Origin: Chlamydiia bacterium
Lineage (GTDB): Bacteria; Chlamydiota; Chlamydiia; Chlamydiales; Rhabdochlamydiaceae
Direction of reading: 5' to 3'
DNA length: 64,000 nt
Assembly (NCBI GenBank): GCA_963804085.1
Contig: CAWDOQ010000017.1
Location: forward strand, 64,001-128,000
Shown: piece by piece, positions 48,007-57,123 of the stretch
Layout of the letters: every line of letters starts with the position of its first letter
Numbering within the stretch: the first letter of the stretch is position 1
Notes under the pieces: generated by a model
The model's input: only the letters and a program-made list of their open reading frames with translations
Told to the model about the DNA's origin: nothing
The model's database searches: none
Translations under genes and position numbers: made by a program

Positions 48007-49832
48007 TATTTTGATTTTTTAAGCGCGACCATTAGCACCGAAATATCCGAAGGAGAGATTGCAGTAAGCCGCGAAGCTTGACCAAGATTCATGGGTCTTA
48101 CGCGGTGGAGCTTATCTCTTGCTTCATTCGAAAGTCCCTTCACTTGTAAATAGTCAAACGCATCCGGAATTTTGATGTTTTCGATGCTCAAGAGCTTTTC
48201 CACTTCATGCTCCTGTCTTTCGATATAGCCTGCGTATTTCAGTTTTAACTCGATCTGGAAATTGGTCTCTTGCCCAAAGTCGGAGGCAGCTGCCGGAAAA
48301 TCGGCAAGAAGCGTAGCGTAAGTGTAGCCCGGTCGCGAAAGCAGCTGCGCAAGAGAAGTGCCTCTTCCATCGATCGTCTTAAAGACTTTTGCAAGCCTTG
48401 CACACTCGCTATCGATTGTCTTCTGCTTTTCGACTGTTTTATTGTAACGCGCCTCTTCGATCATCCCCAAAGAGTAGCCGTAAGGACGCAAGCGCAAGTC
48501 CGCATTGTCTTGGCGCAGAAGCAGCCTGTGCTCGGCTCTACTTGTGAACATGCGATAGGGCTCCTCCAGCTCTTTTGTCACAATCTCATCGATCATCACA
48601 CCGAGATAGGCTTCGGAGCGCTTCAGAATAAACGGTTCTTTTCCTGCTACTTTTTGCGCAGCATTGATCCCTGCAATTAGGCCTTGTCCTGCCGCCTCTT
48701 CGTAGCCCGTCGTTCCATTGATCTGGCCTGCAAAGAAGAGCCCCTCTACCAGCTTGGTCTCAAGCGAGTAGGAGAGCTGTCCGCTCTTTGCATAGTCATA
48801 CTCGATCGCGTAGGCAGCGCGCATGATCTCGGCTTTCTCCAGCCCTGCGATGCTCTGAATCATCTCAAACTGCACATCAAATGGGAGCGAGGAGGAGACG
48901 CCGTTGACATAAAACTCTTCTGTGTTAAGTCCTTCCGGTTCGAGGAAGATCTGGTGGCGCTCTTTATCTGCAAAACGCACGATCTTATCTTCAATCGAAG
49001 GGCAGTAGCGCGGGCCGATGCTCTGGATTTTTCCTGAGTACATCGGAGATCTATGCAAATTTTTCTGGATAATTCTCTTTGTCTCTTCTCCCGTGTAGGT
49101 GATGTAGCAAGGAACTTGTGGAAGCCCAGGCCCTTCGGGCTCATCGTAAGAGAAGCGCACGCCAGCGTCTCCATTTTGCACCTCGACTTTAGAAAAATCG
49201 ATGCTGCGTCTGTGGATGCGTGGAGGTGTGCCTGTTTTAAGTCTGCCTAAAGTAAATCCGAGCTCTTGCAGAGAGGCGGAAAGTCCAACGGATGGCTTAT
49301 CTCCTGCGCGCCCTCCAGCAAAGTTTGTTTCGCCGATATGGATAAGACCGCGCATGAAAGTGCCCGACGCGAGGATCACAGTTTTTCCGCGGTAGGCGAT
49401 CCCCTCTAGCGTTCTTACGCCTTCGATCTTTCCATTCGTGACAATTAAAGACTCTGTCGTTCCCTGCTTGATGTGAAGATTAGGCGTCTTTTCCAGCCTG
49501 TGGCGCATAGCAGTCTGATAGGCAAGTTTATCTGCTTGTGCGCGCGGCGACCAGACTGCCGGTCCCTTCGAGGCGTTGAGCATACGAAACTGGATTGCAG
49601 TCTCATCCGTCACTTTGCCCATGATGCCGCCGAGCGCGTCGATCTCACGCACCAGGTGCCCTTTGGCGGTGCCGCCGACAGCAGGGTTGCAGCTCATCTT
49701 GGCGATCGTATCCAGATTCATCGTGAGTAGAAGCGTCTTTGCGCCCATGCGCGCAGCTGCATGCGCAGCTTCTGCCCCTGCATGGCCGGCTCCGCTTACA
49801 ATGACATCAAACTCTTCTGGATAGGTCCACAT
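47958..49832 (-). CDS. mnmG: tRNA uridine-5-carboxymethylaminomethyl modification enzyme
   Basis: GAGHAG, MSCNPAVGG, LKTGTPPR, GPRYCPSIEDK, GQINGTTGYEEA. Confidence 0.98.
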   Translation of the reverse strand: MWTYPEEFDVIVSGAGHAGAEAAHAAARMGAKTLLLTMNLDTIAKMSCNPAVGGTAKGHLVREIDALGGIMGKVTDETAIQFRMLNASKGPAVWSPRAQADKLAYQTAMRHRLEKTPNLHIKQGTTESLIVTNGKIEGVRTLEGIAYRGKTVILASGTFMRGLIHIGETNFAGGRAGDKPSVGLSASLQELGFTLGRLKTGTPPRIHRRSIDFSKVEVQNGDAGVRFSYDEPEGPGLPQVPCYITYTGEETKRIIQKNLHRSPMYSGKIQSIGPRYCPSIEDKIVRFADKERHQIFLEPEGLNTEEFYVNGVSSSLPFDVQFEMIQSIAGLEKAEIMRAAYAIEYDYAKSGQLSYSLETKLVEGLFFAGQINGTTGYEEAAGQGLIAGINAAQKVAGKEPFILKRSEAYLGVMIDEIVTKELEEPYRMFTSRAEHRLLLRQDNADLRLRPYGYSLGMIEEARYNKTVEKQKTIDSECARLAKVFKTIDGRGTSLAQLLSRPGYTYATLLADFPAAASDFGQETNFQIELKLKYAGYIERQEHEVEKLLSIENIKIPDAFDYLQVKGLSNEARDKLHRVRPMNLGQASRLTAISPSDISVLMVALKKSKYVPASAPACAPDPDQD

Positions 49833-49906
49833 GATTGAAAAATTTAGACAAAAGAACCCCCTGCTTAAAAACAGGAGGCTACTGTTAGATTAGAAAAAAT
49901 TTAACT

Positions 49907-49996
49907 TTAGCTCTTCTTATGGCGGTCGCGGCGTCTACGTTTTTTACGCTTGTGCTTGGCGATCTTCGCTCTACGCTTTTTTTTAACAGAGGACAT
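49907..49996 (-). CDS. Small basic AURKAIP1/COX24-type protein (bS22-like ribosomal protein)
   Basis: MSSVKKKRRAKIAKHKRKKRRRRDRHKKS with GGAG RBS. Confidence 0.8.
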   Translation of the reverse strand: MSSVKKKRRAKIAKHKRKKRRRRDRHKKS

Positions 49997-50125
49997 TACT
50001 TTTCTCCGTACTTTTAAAAGTATAGTAGAAGGCGCTGCATTAAATGTAAAGGAGCGCGATGCACGCATTAAAAATTTTAATACGCGATCGGCTTGTAGTT
50101 TCTTTATATTATCTTCATAGTTATA

Positions 50126-50774
50126 ATGGCCTCCACTTTTGTTAATTTCGAGGATCAAATGTGTGATTTGATAGAAGGTATGTGCAATTTTTGGGATAGG
50201 GCAATGACTGACTCTCATGTAACAGTCGATACTCCTATCTTAACCGCCTGCTTCGCTTCACCCAGACAGGGAGAGGAGGAGTGGCGGGCATATGATACGC
50301 CGCAGCTCGATCCCGCACGCGTCACACCGCTCGATATCGAACAGTGTAAAGCTTTGGCAGAAGAAGCGCGCTCAAGAGGCCATTGGGAGATGGCTAAGCT
50401 GGTTGCACTGTCCGTCGGAACGGTTCTAGCGACAGCGGTTCTTTATATTGGGTTGTGCATCCTCATTTCGGCGGTTACTGTTGCGATCATCTATATTTTT
50501 GCTCCATCTTGCAGTGGCTGCTCTTGCAGCCAGCGAGCTTTTAGCGGGGGCAGTTGTCATTGTCGGTTTCGTTGCTGCCGTAACTGCGTTTGTCAATGGT
50601 ATCCCTGCCGCCCTATATGTTCTTACTTGCACGTGGACAAAAGAGGGGATCCCGCAGATCAGCAGAAGCTACGATTATATGCAGCATCTTTATGAGCGCT
50701 CGCGCGAACTAGAGATCTTAGGCGCACGCGATCCTGAACCCGCTGCAGCAGCAGCAGCTGTTGGAGGAGCATAG
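50126..50774 (+). pseudogene. Inc-like membrane protein with a frameshift in a T5 run (about 50496-50500)
   Basis: Removing one T joins the 50126 and 50448 frames into a long bilobed hydrophobic domain; paralog of 50778-51328. Confidence 0.6.
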
Positions 50775-50777
50775 ACT

Positions 50778-51328
50778 ATGGCTTGTATTCCAAGAGGCGT
50801 CGACATTTATATGAGGCAGTGGGAGTATGCCTTCTCCTCAGGTGTCGTGCATGCACAAGACCCTTCTTTTTTTGATGACTTTACACCCAGAAGAGGGAAC
50901 TGGCACACCTGGGATGTGAGACATCTCAACTCTGCTCAGTGCCGCATAGCCGCCAAGCACGCCGCAGAGGATATCTGCTGGGAGAAGATGAAAACAGCGT
51001 GGTGATCACCACAGGTGTTGTATTTACCACGGTAGTTGCAGCCTCTTTGCTCTTTTGGGCAGGCGCCGTTGTCTATTTAACGGGAAGCTTCTTCGCAGCT
51101 CTTTTAGAAATCAGCGCCGGTATCACTGCTTTAGAAATCGGCATCTGGAGTGTGATTGTACTAGTTGGAACTGCAGCCGCAGCTTACGGCGCGGCAGGTC
51201 TTGCATTCGTGGTGACGATCATCTGGACGAAGGAGTTTTTGCCTGCGATCAATAGGAGTGCAAGCTACCGCGACCATTTGCATACCTCGATAGACACGCT
51301 GATGAAAAAAGCAGAAAATAGGGTGTAA
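50778..51328 (+). pseudogene. Inc-like membrane protein paralog with a frameshift at about 50998
   Basis: WEKMKTA continues as VVITTG in another frame; WTKEFLPAINRS matches WTKEGIPQISRS in the paralog. Confidence 0.6.
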
Positions 51329-51329
51329 G

Positions 51330-52373
51330 ATGACACAAGAAGTCGGAGCACAAAATGGCCCCATTTTTTTTGCATGGGATAAAATAGCCACTCCTCTTGG
51401 GGTTGAGATTTTATCTTATGTACAAGAGACAAATCCTGCAAAAACTTGCCGCATTTTTTCTGCGTTCAGCCGCCAGTTTGTGTGCAATAATCTCTGGAGA
51501 GAGGGTGCAAAAAACACAGCAATAGCCGAGCTTCAAGTCGATGTTCTATTCTACAATCCAAGCCTAAATGTCACCCTGCAAGGCATCTCGAAATGTTTTG
51601 CCAAGCTTTTAGAAAGACAGCGCGCCTACTGTCCGACCTATCAAGCGGAGTTTGATGAGGTGCAGCGCAAGCACCCGAGCTCCTTGTCTTTAAAGAGATT
51701 TACTGAAGGGCAGAGATACGTTAATCAAGAAAGAGACGATAATTTAGTGAAGCTCTGGGGTGTGATTAAAGAGAGGATTGCACGCCTTTCCAAAGACTTT
51801 GGAACCGATAAAATGAGGAGAGACGCAGCTAATCTCGAAGTTGCGTATGAGATACGCGCTTGGATGCAGGACCCGGACAATCAAACCGCGCTGCTCAGCA
51901 AAATTACCCAATTAGACGTCTCGCACAACGATCTTTCTGAGATACCGCGCGAGATCCTTCTTCTCAAAGGACTTGAGCCCGAGAAGCTCACGATCGATCA
52001 CAACCCACTCCGTAGAATCTCTCCCGAGCTTGTTCCCTACATTGCGCTTAACATGCCCAGCTTATGCGATAGAGAAGATAAAAAAGCGCCTTTATCAAAG
52101 CTTGGCGTTCTCGAGGAGATTCCCTTCCGTTTGTGGTTTAGACAAAACTACATGCCCGGCGAGACCTATCAGAAGATCGTGGAGACGATCGGCGAGTGCT
52201 TATTGCGCCTCGTTGGTTTCCTCATGATTATCCCTGGAGCGCTCATCTATTTTGTTACCACGGCTCTTCCTGCATTCTTGCTCAACCAGTTCACGATGCA
52301 CATCATCGAACCCGTTGTGGCCTACTTCCGCAACTTCCTCGGCTATTCGCCTACCATCGACACCAAGAAATAG
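51330..52373 (+). CDS. LRR and C-terminal TM candidate effector, paralog of 1935-3089
   Basis: LGVEILSY, LDVSHNDLSEIP, EIPFRLWFR, LNQF...PVV...LGY. Confidence 0.7.
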   Translation: MTQEVGAQNGPIFFAWDKIATPLGVEILSYVQETNPAKTCRIFSAFSRQFVCNNLWREGAKNTAIAELQVDVLFYNPSLNVTLQGISKCFAKLLERQRAYCPTYQAEFDEVQRKHPSSLSLKRFTEGQRYVNQERDDNLVKLWGVIKERIARLSKDFGTDKMRRDAANLEVAYEIRAWMQDPDNQTALLSKITQLDVSHNDLSEIPREILLLKGLEPEKLTIDHNPLRRISPELVPYIALNMPSLCDREDKKAPLSKLGVLEEIPFRLWFRQNYMPGETYQKIVETIGECLLRLVGFLMIIPGALIYFVTTALPAFLLNQFTMHIIEPVVAYFRNFLGYSPTIDTKK

Positions 52374-52377
52374 TATA

Positions 52378-52529
52378 CCCCAGTGGACTTGCGCGAAGAA
52401 GGTGGATTTTAGTGGACGAGGTGGACTAAGTGGACTTTGTGGACAGCGCCAAGAAGAAGAGCCGGAAGAGATCCCCGTCCACCTCGTCCACCAATCTTTT
52501 GTCCACTCTGTCCACTTTGTCCACTGGGG
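52378..52529. repeat. GTGGAC/GTCCAC inverted tandem-unit element E
   Basis: CCCCAGTGGAC...GTCCACTGGGG termini; fills the gap between convergent genes. Confidence 0.88.
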
Positions 52530-53975
52530 TTAATCGGGAGCACGAGGGGAGAAGGCGCTGAAGGCCTCCTCGTTATCCGCTTGCTTTCCGCTGTTACTGT
52601 AGACGGGAGAGTAGTTGACAAATTGCGCGAGCTCTTTGCGGAAGGTGAGCTGGATGTTGCCGATGCCGCCGTGGCGGTTTTTAGCGACGATCAGCTCGGC
52701 CATGCCAGGTTTGTCGTAAGGATCGTAATACTCCCTTCGCAATAAAAAGAGGACAAGGTCGGCATCCTGTTCGATCGAGCCGCTCTCGCGCAGATCGCTC
52801 ATCATGGGACGATGGCCTTGGCGCTCCTCCACTTTTCGCGAAAGTTGTGACAGACACAGAATCGGGATGTTGAGTTCGCGCGCAAGCGTCTTAAGCAGGC
52901 GCGAGATCTCCGAAATCTCGTTTTGTCTGTTCTCTGCAGAGCGAAAGAACCCCGATCCCGAGAGCAGCTGCAAGTAGTCGACAATGAGAAAACCGATGCC
53001 GTAGCTCTCCTTCATCCGTCTTGCGCGCGCTCTTAAGTCGGTGATCTTAAGTCCCGGCTGGTCGTCGATCACCATAGTCGCTTTTTGCATCTCACTCACA
53101 GAGGAGACGATGCGCTGAAATTCGACCCCATTCAAAGAGCCTGTTTTAATCTTGTCCGATTCTACCTCTGCTTGCGAGCAGATGACTCTGTGGAGGAGCT
53201 GTTCGGCACTCATCTCAAGCGAGAAGATGCCGACCGGTACCCCGTTTTTAAAGCAGACATTCTCGGCGATGTTGAGGGCAAGAGCTGTCTTTCCCATGGC
53301 AGGCCTTGCCGCCAAGATCATCAGGTTAGAGGGAGACAAGCCATTTACCATCTTATCAAAGTCGATAAAGTGTGTGGGAATCCCCGTGATCCCCAAATCT
53401 TCAGGACCCTTTTCTTGGTAGGACTCTTGTCTTGTTTGCAGCTCTTTTAAGTAGGGCGTTTGTGAAGTGGCTTTTACACCCGACAAGATCTCTTTGATGT
53501 GAACGCCGGCAAATGGGTTGGCCGCCTGGCTGATAGTGAAAAACTTCTGCTGCGCTTCATCCAGTGTGCCGTGGACATCTTCCGGATCTGTTAAAGAACT
53601 CTTTTCGATCTCTTGAGCGGCTTGGATCATCCGCCGCAAGATCGCTTTATCTCGGACCAGATCCACATACTCTTCGATATAAGCCGATGTGCCCGCATAT
53701 TGCGCAAGCGTCGTGATGTAGCCCGCACCGCCTACTGCCTTCAGCTTGTCCTGGCGTTTGAGCTCTTCGCAGACCAGATGGATATCGGCCGGCTTATCAT
53801 TCTTATACGCGCCCTTCAAGACCTGAAAGATGATCTTGTGCTCGGTGAAGTAGAAGTCAGACTCATCGAGTCCGTCAGAGGCGATGTTGAGGCTGTTGAT
53901 GCTGGTCAGCATGCAGCCCAATACCATCATCTCCGACTCTTTGGAATGGGGAGCAACTTTGATATTTTGGGTCAT
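52530..53975 (-). CDS. dnaB: Replicative DNA helicase
   Basis: AARPAMGKT, FSLEM, VDYLQL, LSQLSR, DLRESGSIEQDAD, KNRHG. Confidence 0.98.
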   Translation of the reverse strand: MTQNIKVAPHSKESEMMVLGCMLTSINSLNIASDGLDESDFYFTEHKIIFQVLKGAYKNDKPADIHLVCEELKRQDKLKAVGGAGYITTLAQYAGTSAYIEEYVDLVRDKAILRRMIQAAQEIEKSSLTDPEDVHGTLDEAQQKFFTISQAANPFAGVHIKEILSGVKATSQTPYLKELQTRQESYQEKGPEDLGITGIPTHFIDFDKMVNGLSPSNLMILAARPAMGKTALALNIAENVCFKNGVPVGIFSLEMSAEQLLHRVICSQAEVESDKIKTGSLNGVEFQRIVSSVSEMQKATMVIDDQPGLKITDLRARARRMKESYGIGFLIVDYLQLLSGSGFFRSAENRQNEISEISRLLKTLARELNIPILCLSQLSRKVEERQGHRPMMSDLRESGSIEQDADLVLFLLRREYYDPYDKPGMAELIVAKNRHGGIGNIQLTFRKELAQFVNYSPVYSNSGKQADNEEAFSAFSPRAPD

Positions 53976-54006
53976 GCTGATTGTGTGTAACAGATTGTCT
54001 AAAAAT

Positions 54007-54096
54007 CGGAAAGAGTGGGATTTGAACCCACGGTACCCCTTTAGGAGGTACGCGTCCTTAGCAGGGACGTGCCTTCGGCCGCTCAGCCATCTTTCC
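54007..54096 (-). tRNA. tRNA-Ser(GCT)
   Basis: GGAAAGA acceptor stem, CT-GCT-AA anticodon loop, long variable arm, GGTTCAAATCC T-arm; CCA not encoded. Confidence 0.95.
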
Positions 54097-54168
54097 CCAG
54101 TTGATCAAAAATGGTATCCCGCCGCTTTCTTTTTATCAAGGAGAAGAGAAATAAGTTTTTCTTGGTTA

Positions 54169-54731
54169 AATAGACATGTCGGGTGACAAGCCACTGCGTG
54201 TGCGTGTCCCCTTTCGAAGCCCGATACAGCACCGAGCATGGGCTTTCCCTACTGCTTTGCAAATCAAATGTGCCGTCAGGCACATTTGATTGTCTTCGCA
54301 GCCTCGGAGTCGGGGCGTGTATAACACAGCCCCGAACGTGCTTTGCACTCTCCTGCGGTACAATTTTGCTGTGCGATCTGAGTCGAATGGCTGCTCGCGC
54401 GCTCACTTCCCGCCGGACTTACGTCTCGGGGCGGGTCCCTTCTCGCGTCGTGTCGCAGTGCCTGTCACTGTTGGATACACTCTTGAAGTATGGCTCTGTG
54501 AGCCGACATGGAAGGGGACCCGCGACGAAGGAGTGGGGAGGGAATGCGCCGAGCAGCCCTTCGACCCAGATCGCACAGCAAAATCACACCACAGGAGAGC
54601 GCGGAAGCGCGCGGGGGGTCGTGTTATACACACCCCTCCGACGAGGACGTGATTTGGCAAAGCGAGGTGAGGCGCAAGGGGGCCAGCGGGGGGTAGCGAC
54701 GAGAATCGCCGATACCCCCGACATGTCTATT
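54169..54731. mobile_element. MITE/palindromic element of about 563 bp with 15-bp terminal inverted repeats
   Basis: AATAGACATGTCGGG (54169-54183) and CCCGACATGTCTATT (54717-54731); GC-rich; long internal inverted repeat. Confidence 0.75.
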
Positions 54732-54759
54732 CAACTTAACAAAAAATTAAATCTAATAC

Positions 54760-55596
54760 CTAATCGATGAAGTGGGTTTGGGAGAGGCGCTGGCCGTTTA
54801 GGGCGTTCCAGTGGCTTGTGTGGATCGAGCCGTCGGGGTTTTGCACGACAATGCAGTGGACGGGGAGGTAGACGTCGGAGGTTTTGCGGATGGCAAAATC
54901 GTTGCCAAAGGCAGCTTTGGTAAGTTTCTCTACTTGCGAGAGGGCAAAGCGTCTAGGCAGGCGCACCGCATTTTTGTAGGGCATGGTGACCAGCTTCTCG
55001 TCGATCTGCGTTTCGGGCACGGTTTTAAGTTTGGGGTTTTGCAGGTGGAGGCGGTAGCGGTTTCCTGCTTGGACGATCAGCTTTTTCCTGCGGCAGCTGT
55101 CGATCCAAGCATCGAGCACATCGTTTTCAACGCGAAGTGCTTGCGAGAGACCGTCGCGGTCGATCGATCCGCCTTTGCGGGCGAGGATATTCAAAATTTT
55201 AAACTCGTGGCGGTCTGTGCTGGCATGGATGCAGTCGCCAAAGCCGTGGGTCTTTTCCCAAGCTCGTGTGTCGATGACCATCTCGCCATCTCTTAAGTCC
55301 CACAGGATGATCCCTTCGCGCGTCTTCTCGGGAGTGGTGTTGTACTTCACTTCCATCATGAGGTAGGGGTAGAACTTGAGCTGTGGCTCTAAATACTTGT
55401 GGCGGTTGTCTTTAAGAAGATCGCGTCTATGCACTTCCATGATCTGGTTGGCTGTGTAGCGCACTTCTAGCGTGTGGAAGGAGCCTCGGTTGACATACTC
55501 TATAATTTGATTTTTAAATTCAGGATGGTGCAGGTTGGTCCACCAGCCGCCATACCCTAGAGCCCCTAGACTGAGAAGTGTGAATATAAAACGCAT
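54760..55596 (-). CDS. Hypothetical protein with N-terminal membrane anchor and possible winged-helix-like region
   Basis: 278-aa ORF with typical codon usage. Confidence 0.7.
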   Translation of the reverse strand: MRFIFTLLSLGALGYGGWWTNLHHPEFKNQIIEYVNRGSFHTLEVRYTANQIMEVHRRDLLKDNRHKYLEPQLKFYPYLMMEVKYNTTPEKTREGIILWDLRDGEMVIDTRAWEKTHGFGDCIHASTDRHEFKILNILARKGGSIDRDGLSQALRVENDVLDAWIDSCRRKKLIVQAGNRYRLHLQNPKLKTVPETQIDEKLVTMPYKNAVRLPRRFALSQVEKLTKAAFGNDFAIRKTSDVYLPVHCIVVQNPDGSIHTSHWNALNGQRLSQTHFID

Positions 55597-55635
55597 ATAT
55601 CTTAAGATATAGGTTTTTCGGAGTATTTTAACAAG

Positions 55636-56520
55636 ATGAAGCGTTTCGTTTTATTGGGCGTCTGTGTCAGTGCAGCGCTTGCCTGGGGACTCAAAAGCGA
55701 GTAAAAAGCAGCCGCTCTCTTTTTCGGATAACATGGTTTTTCCTGAGCTGTGTGCCTCGCTTGTGAAAGAGGATGCATTTCGTAATTTTAAGCGCGAGCC
55801 TCTTGCCAACCTCTCATGGGAAAATCTGAGCTACGAGGAGGGGAAAAGCTTCTTTGATGCGCTCCAAAAAGAGTATCCCGAACTGCTCGCTTTGCATGAG
55901 AAGTGCCGCAAAAACGATCTGATCGGCAATCCGCGCAAGTTTATCTATAAAAAAGTGGGGGCGTTTTCGCCCTCTACGCTGCGTTTCATGAAGATCTCTG
56001 GAGATTTAAAACGTCACTTCGGCTCTTTAGATGGCCTCAAAGTTTTGGAAATGGGAGGGGGCTATGGCGGGCAGTGCACGGTGCTCTCCTCTCTTTCTCT
56101 TTGCAAGAGTATGCAATTGCAGATCTATCCTCTTCGCTAGAACTGCAGCGTAAATACTTAGAAGAGCTTTCTATTCCAAGCGTCTCGCTCTACACTCTAA
56201 ATTCTCCTCCTTCTGCCTCGTACGATCTTATAGTCAGTGATTTTGCCTTTGGCGAGATGGACCGCTCAGTCCAAAAAACTTTGATCGACAAGGTATTTAG
56301 CCATGCGCAGGCAGCCTATTTGATTTTAGCGCCTGCTCACTGGAAGGAGATCCCCTATAGCGCAAAGGAACATAAGCGTGTAAAGCCCTATCCGAAGGAA
56401 AAGCTTGTTGCACTCTTTCAAAAGCAGGGCTTTCTTTGTGAGGAGCTTGCTGAAGTTCCTCTTTCGGGCAAAGGCCACTATATTTTAAAACTCACCAGGA
56501 AAAGCCATGATGCTCTTTAA
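55636..56520 (+). pseudogene. Putative exported sugar O-methyltransferase with two frameshifts
   Basis: Signal peptide MKRFVLLGVCVSAALAWG at 55636; IGNP, SPSTLR and EMGGGYGGQ in a second frame; YAIADL...LQRKYL...SDFAFGE in a third. Confidence 0.65.
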
Positions 56521-57121
56521 GGATCGACGCGATGCAGGAAAAATGCTCGCAAAAGAGCTTAGCTCTTACGCAAACAAGAAAGAGACGGTTGTGGTTGGTC
56601 TTGCACGCGGAGGAGTGATCGTCGCAGATGAGGTGGCGAAAATGCTTGGGCTGATTTTAGCAGTTCTTGTCGTGCGCAAAATCGGCGCGCCCGGCAATGA
56701 GGAGTATGCGCTTGGCGCGCTCTCTGAAACTGGCGAGCTGCTTTTAAATGAACAAATGGGGGTATCTTCTGCTTATATCCAAAAAATTATCGAACGCGAA
56801 AAGAAGGTCGCTCAAGAGCGTTCGGCACTTTATCGCGGCAAAAAACCCCAGGTGGATTTTAAGAACAAGGTAATCATTTTGGTCGATGATGGGATTGCAA
56901 CGGGATCTACGATGGAAGTCGCGATCCGTTCGATGCGAAAAGCAAAAGCCAAAAAGATCGTTCTAGCTGTTCCTGTAGCTGCGCCTGATTCGCTCAAGAG
57001 ACTGAGCGCCCAGGTGGATGAAACGGTTTGTTTATCGAGCCCTTCGCCCTTTTATGCGGTGGGCAACTTCTACCGCGAGTTTGGACAGACAAGCGATCAA
57101 GAAATAATAGCACTTTTGTAA
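56507..57121 (+). CDS. Phosphoribosyltransferase family protein
   Basis: FKDRRDAG, GLARGG, VRKIGAP, ILVDDGIATGST. Confidence 0.9.
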   Translation: MMLFKDRRDAGKMLAKELSSYANKKETVVVGLARGGVIVADEVAKMLGLILAVLVVRKIGAPGNEEYALGALSETGELLLNEQMGVSSAYIQKIIEREKKVAQERSALYRGKKPQVDFKNKVIILVDDGIATGSTMEVAIRSMRKAKAKKIVLAVPVAAPDSLKRLSAQVDETVCLSSPSPFYAVGNFYREFGQTSDQEIIALL

Positions 57122-57123
57122 AA

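Noticed and set aside
49997..50218. 103-aa ORF at 49907-50218
   Set aside because: Only the last 29 codons have an RBS and family resemblance; the rest overlaps a divergent promoter region and gene
54007..54096. tRNA-anchored prophage or genomic island
   Set aside because: No integrase and no duplicated tRNA 3' end; dnaB follows directly
54183..54770. 195-aa and other ORFs inside the TIR element
   Set aside because: No recognisable motifs or RBS; explained by GC-rich palindromic sequence
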